A program made the position numbers and the translations under genes. 64,000 nt of DNA from the NCBI GenBank assembly GCA_965205095.1, contig OZ242040.1:455787-519786 (forward strand). Reading direction: 5' to 3'. The DNA comes from Candidatus Multivorans sp. (lineage in GTDB: Bacteria; Acidobacteriota; Thermoanaerobaculia; Multivoradales; Multivoraceae). The notes under the pieces were generated by a model. It saw nothing but the letters and a program-made list of their open reading frames with translations, made no database searches and was not told the origin of the DNA. This document shows, piece by piece, positions 48,775 through 58,190 of the stretch (within the stretch, counting starts at the first letter, position 1; each line of letters begins with the position of its first letter).

Positions 48775-49905
48775 CTAGCGGTGGAGGTTCTGCTCCAGGA
48801 AGCGCAGCATCATCCGCTCGATGAACCCGGCGTCGTCGATCTCCAGCGCTACCGTCGAAGTCGGCTCGGCCCCGGGTTCGAACAGGGTCATGCTGCGCTC
48901 GTCGACTGTGACGCGGCCGTGTTCGAGACCGAACAGGTCGGGCCACAGCAGGTAGCCGACAGCGACAGCGTCGAACAGCCGCGGCGTGGTCTGGTTCCGC
49001 TCCTCGTTCCGCCACAGCGAGTAGAGCGCCGTCACCGCGTCGGTCAGCGGCGTGCCGCGCATGTGCAGGTGGAGTCGCCGATCGGCGTCGAGACGGACGT
49101 GGTCCGTCACGTCGAGCGGGATGTAGACGACGTCCGTGCCGCCGGCCTGTACGCCGGCGTCGAAGATGCGCGACGAGGCGGCGTCGGCGAGGACGTTCCA
49201 CTCCCGCTGCGCGTCACCGCCGTCGTAGCCGGAGCGGATCGAGCCGTACATCGAGACGACCCGTTTCGCGTTCTTCAGCACGCCCGGATCGAGTTCCAGC
49301 GCGTCGCCGATGTTCGTCACCGGGCCGACGGTGAGCAAGGTGATCTCGCCCGGAGCGGCGGCCAGCGTCTCCACGATGAACTCGGCCGCCGACTGCGCCC
49401 GCGGTTGCACCTCGTCGAAACCGCGCGCCCAGTGGAACTGCCGGTTGTACGGCGCCTCGGCGAACTGTTCGTGGGGCGTCCCGTCGCGCAGCGTGACCAG
49501 GGGAGTCTCCCGGCCGACGTACACGGGGATGTGGTCGAGCCCCGTCTCCCAGAGCATCCGGAGCGCCAGGGGCGCGCGGTCCGGCGTGCGCGCATGACCG
49601 ACGGTGATGCCGACAAGCTCGATCTCGGGGCTCGCGAGAAGCAAAGCCAGAGCGTAGGCGTCGTCGATGTCCGAGCCGATGTCGCAGTCGAAGAGGACCT
49701 TCTGGGGCCCGGCTGGGGTGGGTTGCGCAGCAGCGGGCACACCGGAAACGAGGAGGGCGAGGAGGAGAAGAGCCGGAGCCGGCCAGAGGCCGGCGCGTTC
49801 TTGACGCCGCCTTCGGCGGCAGCGGGTCAGAAGACCCGCGCACCCAGTGGGCAACGCCGCAACAAGTTGCCTCCCGAGACCGTCCGTTTCCTTCGTCATC
49901 ACCAT
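48775..49905 (-). CDS. inosine-uridine preferring nucleoside hydrolase, secreted/periplasmic
   Basis: N-terminal DxDxxxDD motif (FDCDIGSDIDDAYALALLL) and the IU_nuc_hydro fold. The start is uncertain because the leader region contains a REP-like module. Confidence 0.7.
   Translation of the reverse strand: MVMTKETDGLGRQLVAALPTGCAGLLTRCRRRRRQERAGLWPAPALLLLALLVSGVPAAAQPTPAGPQKVLFDCDIGSDIDDAYALALLLASPEIELVGITVGHARTPDRAPLALRMLWETGLDHIPVYVGRETPLVTLRDGTPHEQFAEAPYNRQFHWARGFDEVQPRAQSAAEFIVETLAAAPGEITLLTVGPVTNIGDALELDPGVLKNAKRVVSMYGSIRSGYDGGDAQREWNVLADAASSRIFDAGVQAGGTDVVYIPLDVTDHVRLDADRRLHLHMRGTPLTDAVTALYSLWRNEERNQTTPRLFDAVAVGYLLWPDLFGLEHGRVTVDERSMTLFEPGAEPTSTVALEIDDAGFIERMMLRFLEQNLHR
49775..49860. 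repeat. REP/BIME-like copy (GCCGGCCAGAGGCCGGCG...GACGCCGCCTTCGGCGGCAGCGGGTCAGAAGACCCGCGCACCCAGTGG)
   Basis: Near-identical to 48714-48760. Lies within the predicted 5' leader / signal region of the nucleoside hydrolase ORF. Confidence 0.6.
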
Positions 49906-49960
49906 GCTCCTCTCCTCGCTTCCATGCCTTTCGACGCCGAGAGCGTAGTATTCCGCGTTC

Positions 49961-50884
49961 ATGCCCGACTCGCGACTCCGACGGTTCGTTCGCGACCCCC
50001 TGTTCGTGTTCCTGGTGATCGGGGTCGGGGTGTTCGCCCTCGACCGCATGGCCGGCGGGGTCTTCGACGCGGAAGGCCGTACGATCGTCGTCAACCGGGC
50101 GCAGGTGATCCGGCTGGCCGATCTCTGGAGCGCGCAGATCGGCCGGCTGCCGACCGTGGCGGAACTCGACTCCCTGGTTGACGACCACGTCCGGGAGGAG
50201 ATCCTGGTGCGAGAGGCGGCGCGCATGGGTCTCGACCAGGACGACACGATCGTCCGCCGGCGCCTGGCCCAGAAGATGTCCTTCCTGATCGAGGACACGG
50301 CGGTCGCGGACGCGGTGCCGGACGCCGAGCTCGAGCAGTACTTCGAGGAGAACGCGGAGCGATACGGGGAACCGCGACGCTTCACGCTCCGCCACGTCTA
50401 CGTCAGCCCCGATCGCCGCGGCAGCGACGAGGAAGCGGCCAGGGCGGCTTCCGACATTCTCGAGCAGCTCCGGGCCGAGGGTAACGACGCCGCGCCCGAG
50501 AACACGCTCTGGCGGCGACTCGGCGACCCCTTCATGCTGCGCCGCGAGTACGGCCGCCGAACCGCCGAGGACCTGGCCGAACTGTTCGGCGGCGCCTTCG
50601 TCGACGGACTGGAGACACTGCCGATCGGCGAGTGGGCGGGACCGGTCGAGTCCGCCTACGGCTACCACGTCGTTCGGCTCTCCGTCCGCACGGAAGCGCA
50701 GCCGGCGGTGCTCGAGGACGTGCGCCGGCGAGTGCTGGACGACGCCCAGCGCGACGCCCGCGACGCCGCGAACCGGGCCGCGCACGAGCAACTGCGCGAG
50801 CGCTACCGGATCGTGGTCGAGGAGATCGACTTTCTCTCCGAGCTGGAAGGCGGCGGCGCGGGCGAGGCCGGAGACGAGCCCTGA
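49961..50884 (+). CDS. membrane-anchored parvulin-like (PpiC/SurA-type) peptidyl-prolyl isomerase-like protein
   Basis: N-terminal TM helix. The central region resembles a PpiC/SurA chaperone (..LRHVYVSPD.., ..SAYGYHVVRLS..). Confidence 0.55.
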   Translation: MPDSRLRRFVRDPLFVFLVIGVGVFALDRMAGGVFDAEGRTIVVNRAQVIRLADLWSAQIGRLPTVAELDSLVDDHVREEILVREAARMGLDQDDTIVRRRLAQKMSFLIEDTAVADAVPDAELEQYFEENAERYGEPRRFTLRHVYVSPDRRGSDEEAARAASDILEQLRAEGNDAAPENTLWRRLGDPFMLRREYGRRTAEDLAELFGGAFVDGLETLPIGEWAGPVESAYGYHVVRLSVRTEAQPAVLEDVRRRVLDDAQRDARDAANRAAHEQLRERYRIVVEEIDFLSELEGGGAGEAGDEP

Positions 50885-50894
50885 AACGACCGCC

Positions 50895-50985
50895 GAAGCG
50901 GACGCCGGCCCTGCGGCGGGCGCGATCTGACGGCCGCCTGCGGCGGCAGCCGGCGGGGGCGCCGGCGCACCCAGTGGTCAGCCTC
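50895..50985. repeat. REP-like copy (CGGCGGCAGCCGGCGGGGGCGCCGGCGCACCCAGTGG)
   Basis: Module similarity to 40240-40330 and 48738-48766. Confidence 0.45.
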
Positions 50986-51987
50986 TCGCTCCTCGGGGCG
51001 CTCCTGGCCGGACTGCTCGGGTTGGCGATCCCCGCGGAGGCCCACGAGGTCCGTCCCGGCTACCTCGAACTGAACGAGGTGGAGCCCGGAACTTTCGAGG
51101 TCTTCTGGAAGCAGCCCCGCCGCGGCGCGCTCCTGCTCCTGCTCGACCCGGTACTGCCCGAACATTGCACCGAGACCGCCCGGCACCCGCCGGAGCACCT
51201 GGCCGGCGCCCTGGTCGAACGCTGGACCGTGGAGTGCGAGGCGGCGGACGGCGACCCGGACCGCATGTTCCACGGCGAGACCTTCGGCATCGACGGTCTG
51301 GAACGCACCCTGACGGACGTCCTGCTCCGGATCAGCTTCGCCAACGGCGACAGCCTCACCCAGTTGCTCCGGCCGGAAGAGCCCTCGGTCACCGTGGACC
51401 GGGAGGCCGCCGGCAACGCCTGGCCCTACTTCCGGCTCGGCGTCGAGCACCTGGTGTTCGGCTTCGACCACATCCTGTTCGTCATCGGCCTGCTCTTCTA
51501 CGTCCGCGATCCCTGGCGCCTGGTCGGCGTGATCACGTCGTTCACCCTCGCCCACAGCATCACGCTGGCTCTGTCGTCCCTGGACGTCGTCAGGATCTCC
51601 CCCGCGCCGGTCGAGGCGGTGATCGCCCTGTCCATCCTGTTCCTGGCGGTCGAGCTGCTGCGTCCCGAGGATCAGCGATCGCCGATCACGACGAAGAGCC
51701 CGTGGCTCATCGCCTTCGCCTTCGGCCTGCTGCACGGCTTCGGCTTCGCCGGGGCCCTGGCCGAGATCGGCCTGCCGCAACGGGCGATCGCCATGGCGCT
51801 CTTCCTGTTCAACGTCGGCGTCGAGGTCGGCCAGCTCCTCGTCGTTGCGGTGGTGCTTGCCCTGCTGGCCCTGGTCAAGCGAGTCGGCATCGTCGTCCCG
51901 GAACTCATCGTGCGGGCGCCGATCTACGCCACCGGGATCATCTCGGCGTTCTGGTTCGTGGAGCGGATGGGTCGGATCGTCGTCTGA
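50974..51987 (+). CDS. HupE/UreJ family protein (Ni/Co transporter family) with an N-terminal periplasmic extension
   Basis: GTG start and signal peptide. The C-terminal six-TM HupE core contains conserved His motifs (FGFDHILF, LLHGFGFAGAL). Confidence 0.65.
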   Translation: MVSLSLLGALLAGLLGLAIPAEAHEVRPGYLELNEVEPGTFEVFWKQPRRGALLLLLDPVLPEHCTETARHPPEHLAGALVERWTVECEAADGDPDRMFHGETFGIDGLERTLTDVLLRISFANGDSLTQLLRPEEPSVTVDREAAGNAWPYFRLGVEHLVFGFDHILFVIGLLFYVRDPWRLVGVITSFTLAHSITLALSSLDVVRISPAPVEAVIALSILFLAVELLRPEDQRSPITTKSPWLIAFAFGLLHGFGFAGALAEIGLPQRAIAMALFLFNVGVEVGQLLVVAVVLALLALVKRVGIVVPELIVRAPIYATGIISAFWFVERMGRIVV

Positions 51988-52117
51988 TCGAGAAGTCGAC
52001 GCGCCTTCCAGACCCGGCCGGAGCACCCGGCCATGGGAGCCAACAGCGCGGACCTGCAGTGAGATCAGAATCGGAAACCAACGCGAGAACCCGCGTCAGG
52101 AGAGTCAGGAGAGCCCC

Positions 52118-55100
52118 TTGAGGAACGGCCTTGAAGCTGGGAGTCCCGCTGTTTTTCTTGGGCACCAAGACTGGGCGGGCCCAGAGAGCCCACTGGCCGA
52201 CTTCATTCGGCGCGAGACGAAGCGCACGGTCGACTCCTACCGTAGCCAACCGAACCTCGTCAGGGAACACGCGAACCAGGAGCACGACACCGCCCACGGC
52301 GGCTACGCGGACCGACAGATCATCGAGCTCGTGCAGAACAGCGCGGACGCCTTGCTTCGAGCCGAGACCGGCTCCCGCAGGATCAGCATCAGATTGTCTG
52401 GAGGCTGGCTCTACTGCGCGGACGACGGCCTTCCGGTTGATGAGAACGGAGTCACGGCCCTCATGTTCGCCCACTTGTCGAGCAAGAGGGACACCGCAAC
52501 CATTGGCAGGTTCGGCCTCGGGTTCAAGTCGGTGCTCGGCGTCACCGATGCCCCCGAGTTCTACAGCCGTTCCGTTTCGTTCCGGTTTGGCCGGGAACAC
52601 GCGAGGCGAGTGATCGACGCGGCAACCGGGCGCGAGTTCACCGACTATCCGGTTCTGCGGCTTCCCGAACCACTCGACCCGTGTCGGGCCGAAGAGGATG
52701 ACACGCTCGGGGAACTGATGAGCTGGGCGACGAACATCGTTCGCCTGCCGCTCCTTGAGCGAGGAAAGGGGGCTCTCAGACAACAGATCAAGGACTTTCC
52801 GGCAGAGTTCCTGCTTCTCGTCCATCATGTCAGGGAGTTGCACCTCGAAGATTGCCAGTCCGTACGGCGTCTCACGCTTCGTCAACAGGCGGACGAGGTG
52901 TTCGCACTGCTCCAGGCGGACGTCTCGCAGGGAACGGAGGACACCAGCAGTTGGCGCATCTTCCGGACCATGCACACGCTGTCCCAGAGTGCCCGCGACG
53001 ACCGTCGTTCGCTCGACGACAGCAACGAGGTTCCGATCACGTGGGCCGCGCCGCTCGACGGGGGCCGAAACGTAGGACATTTCTGGGCCTACTTTCCTAC
53101 GCGGACGGCGAGTCTCGTCGGCGGCATTCTGAACGCACCCTGGAAGACGAACGAGGACCGCCAGAACCTGCTGCCAGGCCCCTACAACGACGAGATCATC
53201 CGGGCCGGGGCGAAGATGGTCGCTGCCAAGATCGCCGCGCTCCGGACCGAGGACGATCCGGCCCGCCACCTCGACCTGCTGCCGCGCCGACACGAAGCCG
53301 GCGACACGGACCAGGCAGGACTCCTGCGACGCGAACTGTTCGGCCACCTTTCGCGGCGCCCGATCCTGCCCGACCAGAACGGTTACGTGCAGAGACCTGA
53401 CGGGCTGCGCTATCCCCCGAGCGAACTCGCTTCCGGCAACCGGATCCATGACGCCCCGTTCGAACGGTGGGCAGCATACGAGGACCGGCCGACGGATTGG
53501 CTTCACCACGCTGCACTGACCCGCGAGCGGCTCTCCCGAATCGACCGCCTGTATCCGGGCAACCACTGGGAGCCTCGCGCCCCTCGCACCTCTCTGCGGG
53601 AGTGGCTGGAGGCCCTGGTCGAAGGCAGTTCGGGTGAGCAGGCAATCGCCGCGTCGATGGCCGCGATTCGCGCCGCGGAAGCCATTCCCCAGTCGGCACG
53701 CCAAGGGAAGGACCTGGGCAACATCGTCCTGACTGCCGACAACGCATGGAAGGCGGTCGATCCCGACTCGGTCTTCCTGCCTCCCAGAACGGCTTCGGTA
53801 GACGGAGAAGAAGCGTCGACGGTTCACCGGCAACTCGCCGAGGACCCAACCACCAGAACGGCGCTCCGGGCGCTGGGTTTGCGAACGCCAAGCCCCCAGA
53901 GCACGTTCAGGCGGGCGGCCCGCGGGCTAACGGGCAGCCAAGCAAAACCTGCCGACCGGCAACTGAGGGAGTTCTGGAACGCGGCCCGCGAACTGCCGGC
54001 AAAGGAGGCGCTCGCCATTCTCAGAGAGTTCGTTCCGAAGCGGTTCGCCCTGCACCAGGAGGCTTGGCTCCGCCGCCGGTTGCGTGTGCGATCTCGGGCG
54101 AGAATCTGGTGCCCCCTGGACACCGTCCTGCTGCCAGGACCGATCGTATCGGCCAGAGACAATCGAGATCGCTGCGCAACCATAGAGCTCGACTTCCACG
54201 CCCCAGAAAAGGAGTTGCTCCGCGATCTGGGTGCCACGGACCGGCCAGTTGCCGACCATGACCTTCGTTTCGCCACGGGCTACGACGATCACCACGGGCA
54301 ATGCGTGACGGAGTACAAAAAGAGGCCCGACCTACCCCACAGCCCTCGACGCGGATACCTTCAGTTCGGCTCATGGCCAAGAGCGACCGGTCAGCGAGAC
54401 TTCAAGCCGTCCACCGAAGGGGCCGGGCCCCTCGACGTTCTTGCCCGTCTCTCACCCGAGGCAGCCGCCCGCTACACGGACGAGATGCTCAAGCTCGAAG
54501 CGACGTTCAGGCGCTGGACGATGGGACACGACGGCAACAACGGTCGGAACTACCCAAGTGCGAAGTTCTGGTCGTTGACGGTTCCCGTACTGCGAAAGCA
54601 CGGCCGCATCAGGACCTCCGCCGGCGTTGTGCCGTTCAGAGACGCTCTCGGGCCGAACCCGAGGAACGCCGAGGCACAGCAAGCCCTCTGGCAACACGCG
54701 AACGTCGACCGGATTCGAGACACGTTCGACCTTCACGACCCGAGACCGGAGTTCATCGGAGAAGCGGAGCCCGTCCCCCTGACCGACGTCTGGCCGGGTC
54801 TCGCCGTGGTACTGCCGACGAACAGGTCGGATTGCCTGCTGGTTCGCTGCGAGCGAATCTTGGTTGCGGGTCTAGGCGTCGACTGCAGGGCCAGCCACTT
54901 GAGCGTCTACCTCGCCGACTCCGTCGCACACGAGGAAGAGCAGCTTCGGCTGGTCTCCAGGGAATTGGAGCTACATCTCACCGAAGACACATTCCAGCAA
55001 ATCCTCAGCCGGACGACACCCAAGGAAGTCCAGGCCCGCCACGACGCGATCCGCCAGATGTCGTCCGACGCCGACCGGTTGCTGGCAGCCGTCGGCGAGA

Positions 55101-56646
55101 AGGCCCTTCGCAACCGGCTCCCCAAGATGCTGCTCGCCATGCTTGAAGTCGATGGTGGGAATCTGAGCGGCAAGAGGCTTGCGGAGGCGGCCATCGCGAC
55201 TTGGCACACGGACGCACTGCGGCGGCACCGTGAAGCGCTCCACGACCTCGATCCCCCGAAACAGTGGGCCGGATCAAGACGGGCGGTCGCGTTCGTCCAA
55301 GCCCTCGGCTTCACAGAAGACTGGGCCGGCAAGCGAACCCGCAAGCGTGATCCGTGGCTGGAAGTTCGGGGTCCAGAGAGGCTCCCGCCATTACACGACT
55401 ATCAGGAACGGGTAGCCGAGAATCTCCGGACACTGCTGGGAGGCGAAGCGGCCGCTGGAGGCGAACGCCGGGCGATGATCAGCTTGCCGACCGGTTCCGG
55501 GAAGACAAGGGTCGCGGTGCAGGCGATCGTCGAAGCGATACGGGAGGACGACTTCCCCGGTGGAGTGCTCTGGGTCGCTGACCGCGACGAGCTCTGCGAG
55601 CAAGCGGTCGAGGCGTGGCGGCAAGTGTGGTCGAGCATCGGCGACTCCGGCGAGCGCCTGCGGATCTCCCGAGCGTGGGCTGGGCAGGAAAGTCCACGTC
55701 CGTTGACGACGCGGCACGTCGTTGTCGCCTCGATCCAAACACTCCAGGCGCGGCTCGGACACACGGACTACGCGTTTCTGGCGGATCTTCAGCTCGTCGT
55801 CTTCGACGAAGCGCATCGGTCCATCGCACCTACCTACACATCCGTGATGGAGGAAGTCGGCCTGACCCGCTACCAGAAGCCTGACGAGCCGTTCCTAGTC
55901 GGCCTCACCGCCACGCCCTACCGCGGGAGAGACGAAGAGGAGACGGCAAGGCTGGTCAATCGCTACGGGAAGCGACGACTTGACGACGGGGCGTTTCCCG
56001 ATGACGAGCCAATCGCCGTCGTTCAGCACCTGCAGAAGATGAGAATCCTCTCTCAGGTGGACCACGCGACGATCCCGGGCGACACCTTCCGCTTGCGCGA
56101 CGACGACCTTCGGCTCATCCGCCAAGAGGGGCAGAAGGACGGGCGATGGAACCTACCCTGGCTCCCGCAACTGGTAGAAGACCGTATCGCCAGCAGCACC
56201 ACCCGCACGAAGCGGATCCTCGACGCGTTCGAGAACCACATCGAACCCGGCTGGCCAGTCCTTGTCTTCGCCACGTCGGTGGAACACGCGCAGACGCTCG
56301 CCGCGCTCCTAGAGGACCGAAGATCCCGTCGCGCGCCATCAGCGGAGACACCAGGACTGCCACCCGTCACCATGTCGTCGACGAGTTCCGGACGGGGCGC
56401 GTCCAGGCGCTCGTGAACTACGGCGTGTTCCGCGAGGGCTTCGATGCCCCGAAGACCCGCGCGATCCTCGTCGCCCGCCCGGTCTACAGCCCGAATCTCT
56501 ACTTCCAGATGATCGGCCGCGGCTTGCGAGGACCGCGGAACGGCGGTACCGACCGCTGCCTGATCCTGAACGTGGAGGACAACATCGAGAACTTCGGGCC
56601 GAAGCTCGCCTTCTCCGACCTGGACTGGCTCTGGGAACCGCGCTGA
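52118..56646 (+). CDS. giant (about 1500 aa) fusion of an N-terminal GHKL / sacsin-HSP90-like ATPase, an uncharacterised central region and a C-terminal SF2 DEAH-box helicase; a 1-nt frameshift near 56317 splits it across two frames (pseudogene or sequencing error)
   Basis: TTG start after a double AGGAG. Bergerat-fold motifs ELVQNSADA (N box), CADDGLPV (G1) and IGRFGLGFKSV (G2). Helicase motifs I LPTGSGKT, II VVFDEAHR, III GLTATP; motifs V/VI (QMIGRGLRG) lie in the +1 frame, 56318..56646. Confidence 0.65.
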
Positions 56647-56701
56647 GACGTCGGGCCTCGCCGGAAACAGAGGAGACACGTCCGGTGGGGTCAACGTGCA
56701 T

Positions 56702-56784
56702 AACCTTCCGATTGGCCGGCCTACAACCTTTCAATCAGGCGACCCCTAACCTTGCAATCAGACGGCGCCCAACGTTACGATCAG
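56702..56784. repeat. array of 4 direct repeats AACCTTnCnATCAG at exact 23-bp spacing, ending 4 bp before the start codon of the second DUF4143 ATPase
   Basis: Copies at 56702 (AACCTTCCGATTGG), 56725 (AACCTTTCAATCAG), 56748 (AACCTTGCAATCAG) and 56771 (AACGTTACGATCAG). Confidence 0.75.
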
Positions 56785-56788
56785 CCGC

Positions 56789-58126
56789 ATGTCGGCACCG
56801 ATCTTCTACCCGCGCAGTGCCGAGGAGCGCCTGGCCGAAGCGCTGGAAGACTCGCCGGTCGTGCTCATCCACGGGCCGCGGCAGTGCGGCAAGACGACCC
56901 TCGCCCAATACGCCTGCGCTTCGCACGACCCGACCCGGGGCGGGGACCCCGCAGCCTGGAGCGGCTCCCGGCCGACGCGGGGGCCGAGGCACCGGGACTA
57001 CGCCTACATCAGCTTCGACAACGCGGTCGTCCGAGACGGCGCCCGAGCCGATCCCATCGGCTTCGTCGCCGACCTGCCCGAGCGCGTCATTCTCGATGAG
57101 GTCCAGCACGTTCCAAGCCTGTTCGAAGCACTCAAGATGGAGGTCGACCGGCGCCGGGTGCCCGGCCGTTTCGTCCTCACCGGTTCCACCAACGTGCTGC
57201 TCCTCCCGGCGCTGTCCGAGTCCTTGGCGGGTCGCCTGCAGATCGTGCCGCTGCATCCGCTGGCGCAGTACGAACTGGCCGACCCGGCAGTGCGCGGTGA
57301 CTCTTACTCCAGCACCGGATTCCTGAGCACCCTGTTCGGCCACGGATTCGAGGTCCGTCGAACCGAGCGGCTCGGAAGACAGCTCCTCGACCGGATCGTC
57401 GCCGGCGGATTTCCCGCGGCGCTGCTCCGTCCAACCGCCCGACGGCAGGCCGACTGGTATCGCGACTATGTCGAGACGCAGATCCAGCGCGACGTTCGCG
57501 ATATGACGCGCATCAGATCGCTCGACGCTCTGCCCGCACTCCTTGGTGCGACGGCATCGCAGACGGCCAGACTGTTCAACCTCAGCGACCTTGCAGCGCC
57601 CTTCAGCCTGAGTCGACCGACGATCGGCGACTACATCACGCTTCTCGAGAGGCTCTTTCTGCTGGAACGACTCCCGCCCTGGCACAGCAACCGGCTGAGC
57701 CGGCTGATCAAGACCCCCAAGCTGCACGTCGGCGACACGGGCCTTGCCTCGGCGCTGCTGGGCATTGATGCCGAATCGCTCAACGCCGACCGCTCCCTGC
57801 TGGGACGGTTTCTGGAGACGTTCGCCTTCCAAGAACTCCGACGCCACGCAAGTTGGCACGACCCGTCCATGAGGTTCTTTCACTTTCGCGACAAGGAAGG
57901 CGCCGAAGTGGACATCGTGATCGAGCGCGGCTCACGGTCAATTGCCGGAGTGGAGGTCAAGGCCGCGGCCACAGTCACACGGGCTGACTTCCGGGGTCTG
58001 CGAAAACTCGCCAGAGCCGTCGGCAAGCGCTTCGTCCGCGGAGTCGTGCTCTACGACGGCGAGGCCAGTACGGGTTTCGGGGATGGCATGTACGCAGTGC
58101 CGGTTCGCAGGCTGTGGGAAATGTAG
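56789..58126 (+). CDS. AAA+ ATPase with C-terminal DUF4143 (COG1373-type), paralog of 33796..34950
   Basis: Walker A LIHGPRQCGKTTLA, Walker B VILDEVQ and the same C-terminal block (KTPKLHVGDTGLASALLGI). It carries an extra about 25-aa Gly/Pro/Arg-rich insert after the Walker A. Confidence 0.75.
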   Translation: MSAPIFYPRSAEERLAEALEDSPVVLIHGPRQCGKTTLAQYACASHDPTRGGDPAAWSGSRPTRGPRHRDYAYISFDNAVVRDGARADPIGFVADLPERVILDEVQHVPSLFEALKMEVDRRRVPGRFVLTGSTNVLLLPALSESLAGRLQIVPLHPLAQYELADPAVRGDSYSSTGFLSTLFGHGFEVRRTERLGRQLLDRIVAGGFPAALLRPTARRQADWYRDYVETQIQRDVRDMTRIRSLDALPALLGATASQTARLFNLSDLAAPFSLSRPTIGDYITLLERLFLLERLPPWHSNRLSRLIKTPKLHVGDTGLASALLGIDAESLNADRSLLGRFLETFAFQELRRHASWHDPSMRFFHFRDKEGAEVDIVIERGSRSIAGVEVKAAATVTRADFRGLRKLARAVGKRFVRGVVLYDGEASTGFGDGMYAVPVRRLWEM

Positions 58127-58190
58127 TGACGACGCGCGGGCGCTAAGATGACGCTTCCGTCAACACCGCAGCGACAGTGAAGGGAGCCCC

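Noticed and set aside
43844-50791. ORFs 43844..45499 -, 45708..47417 +, 47158..48117 -, 49214..50791 -
   Set aside because: They overlap the SSS, MoxR, FGE, vWA, nucleoside hydrolase and PpiC genes without motifs. These are GC artefacts.
50803-53891. ORFs 50803..52026 -, 51938..53833 -, 53196..53891 - opposite HupE and the giant GHKL-helicase gene
   Set aside because: There are no recognisable motifs, and the sense strand carries strong Bergerat-fold and helicase signatures.
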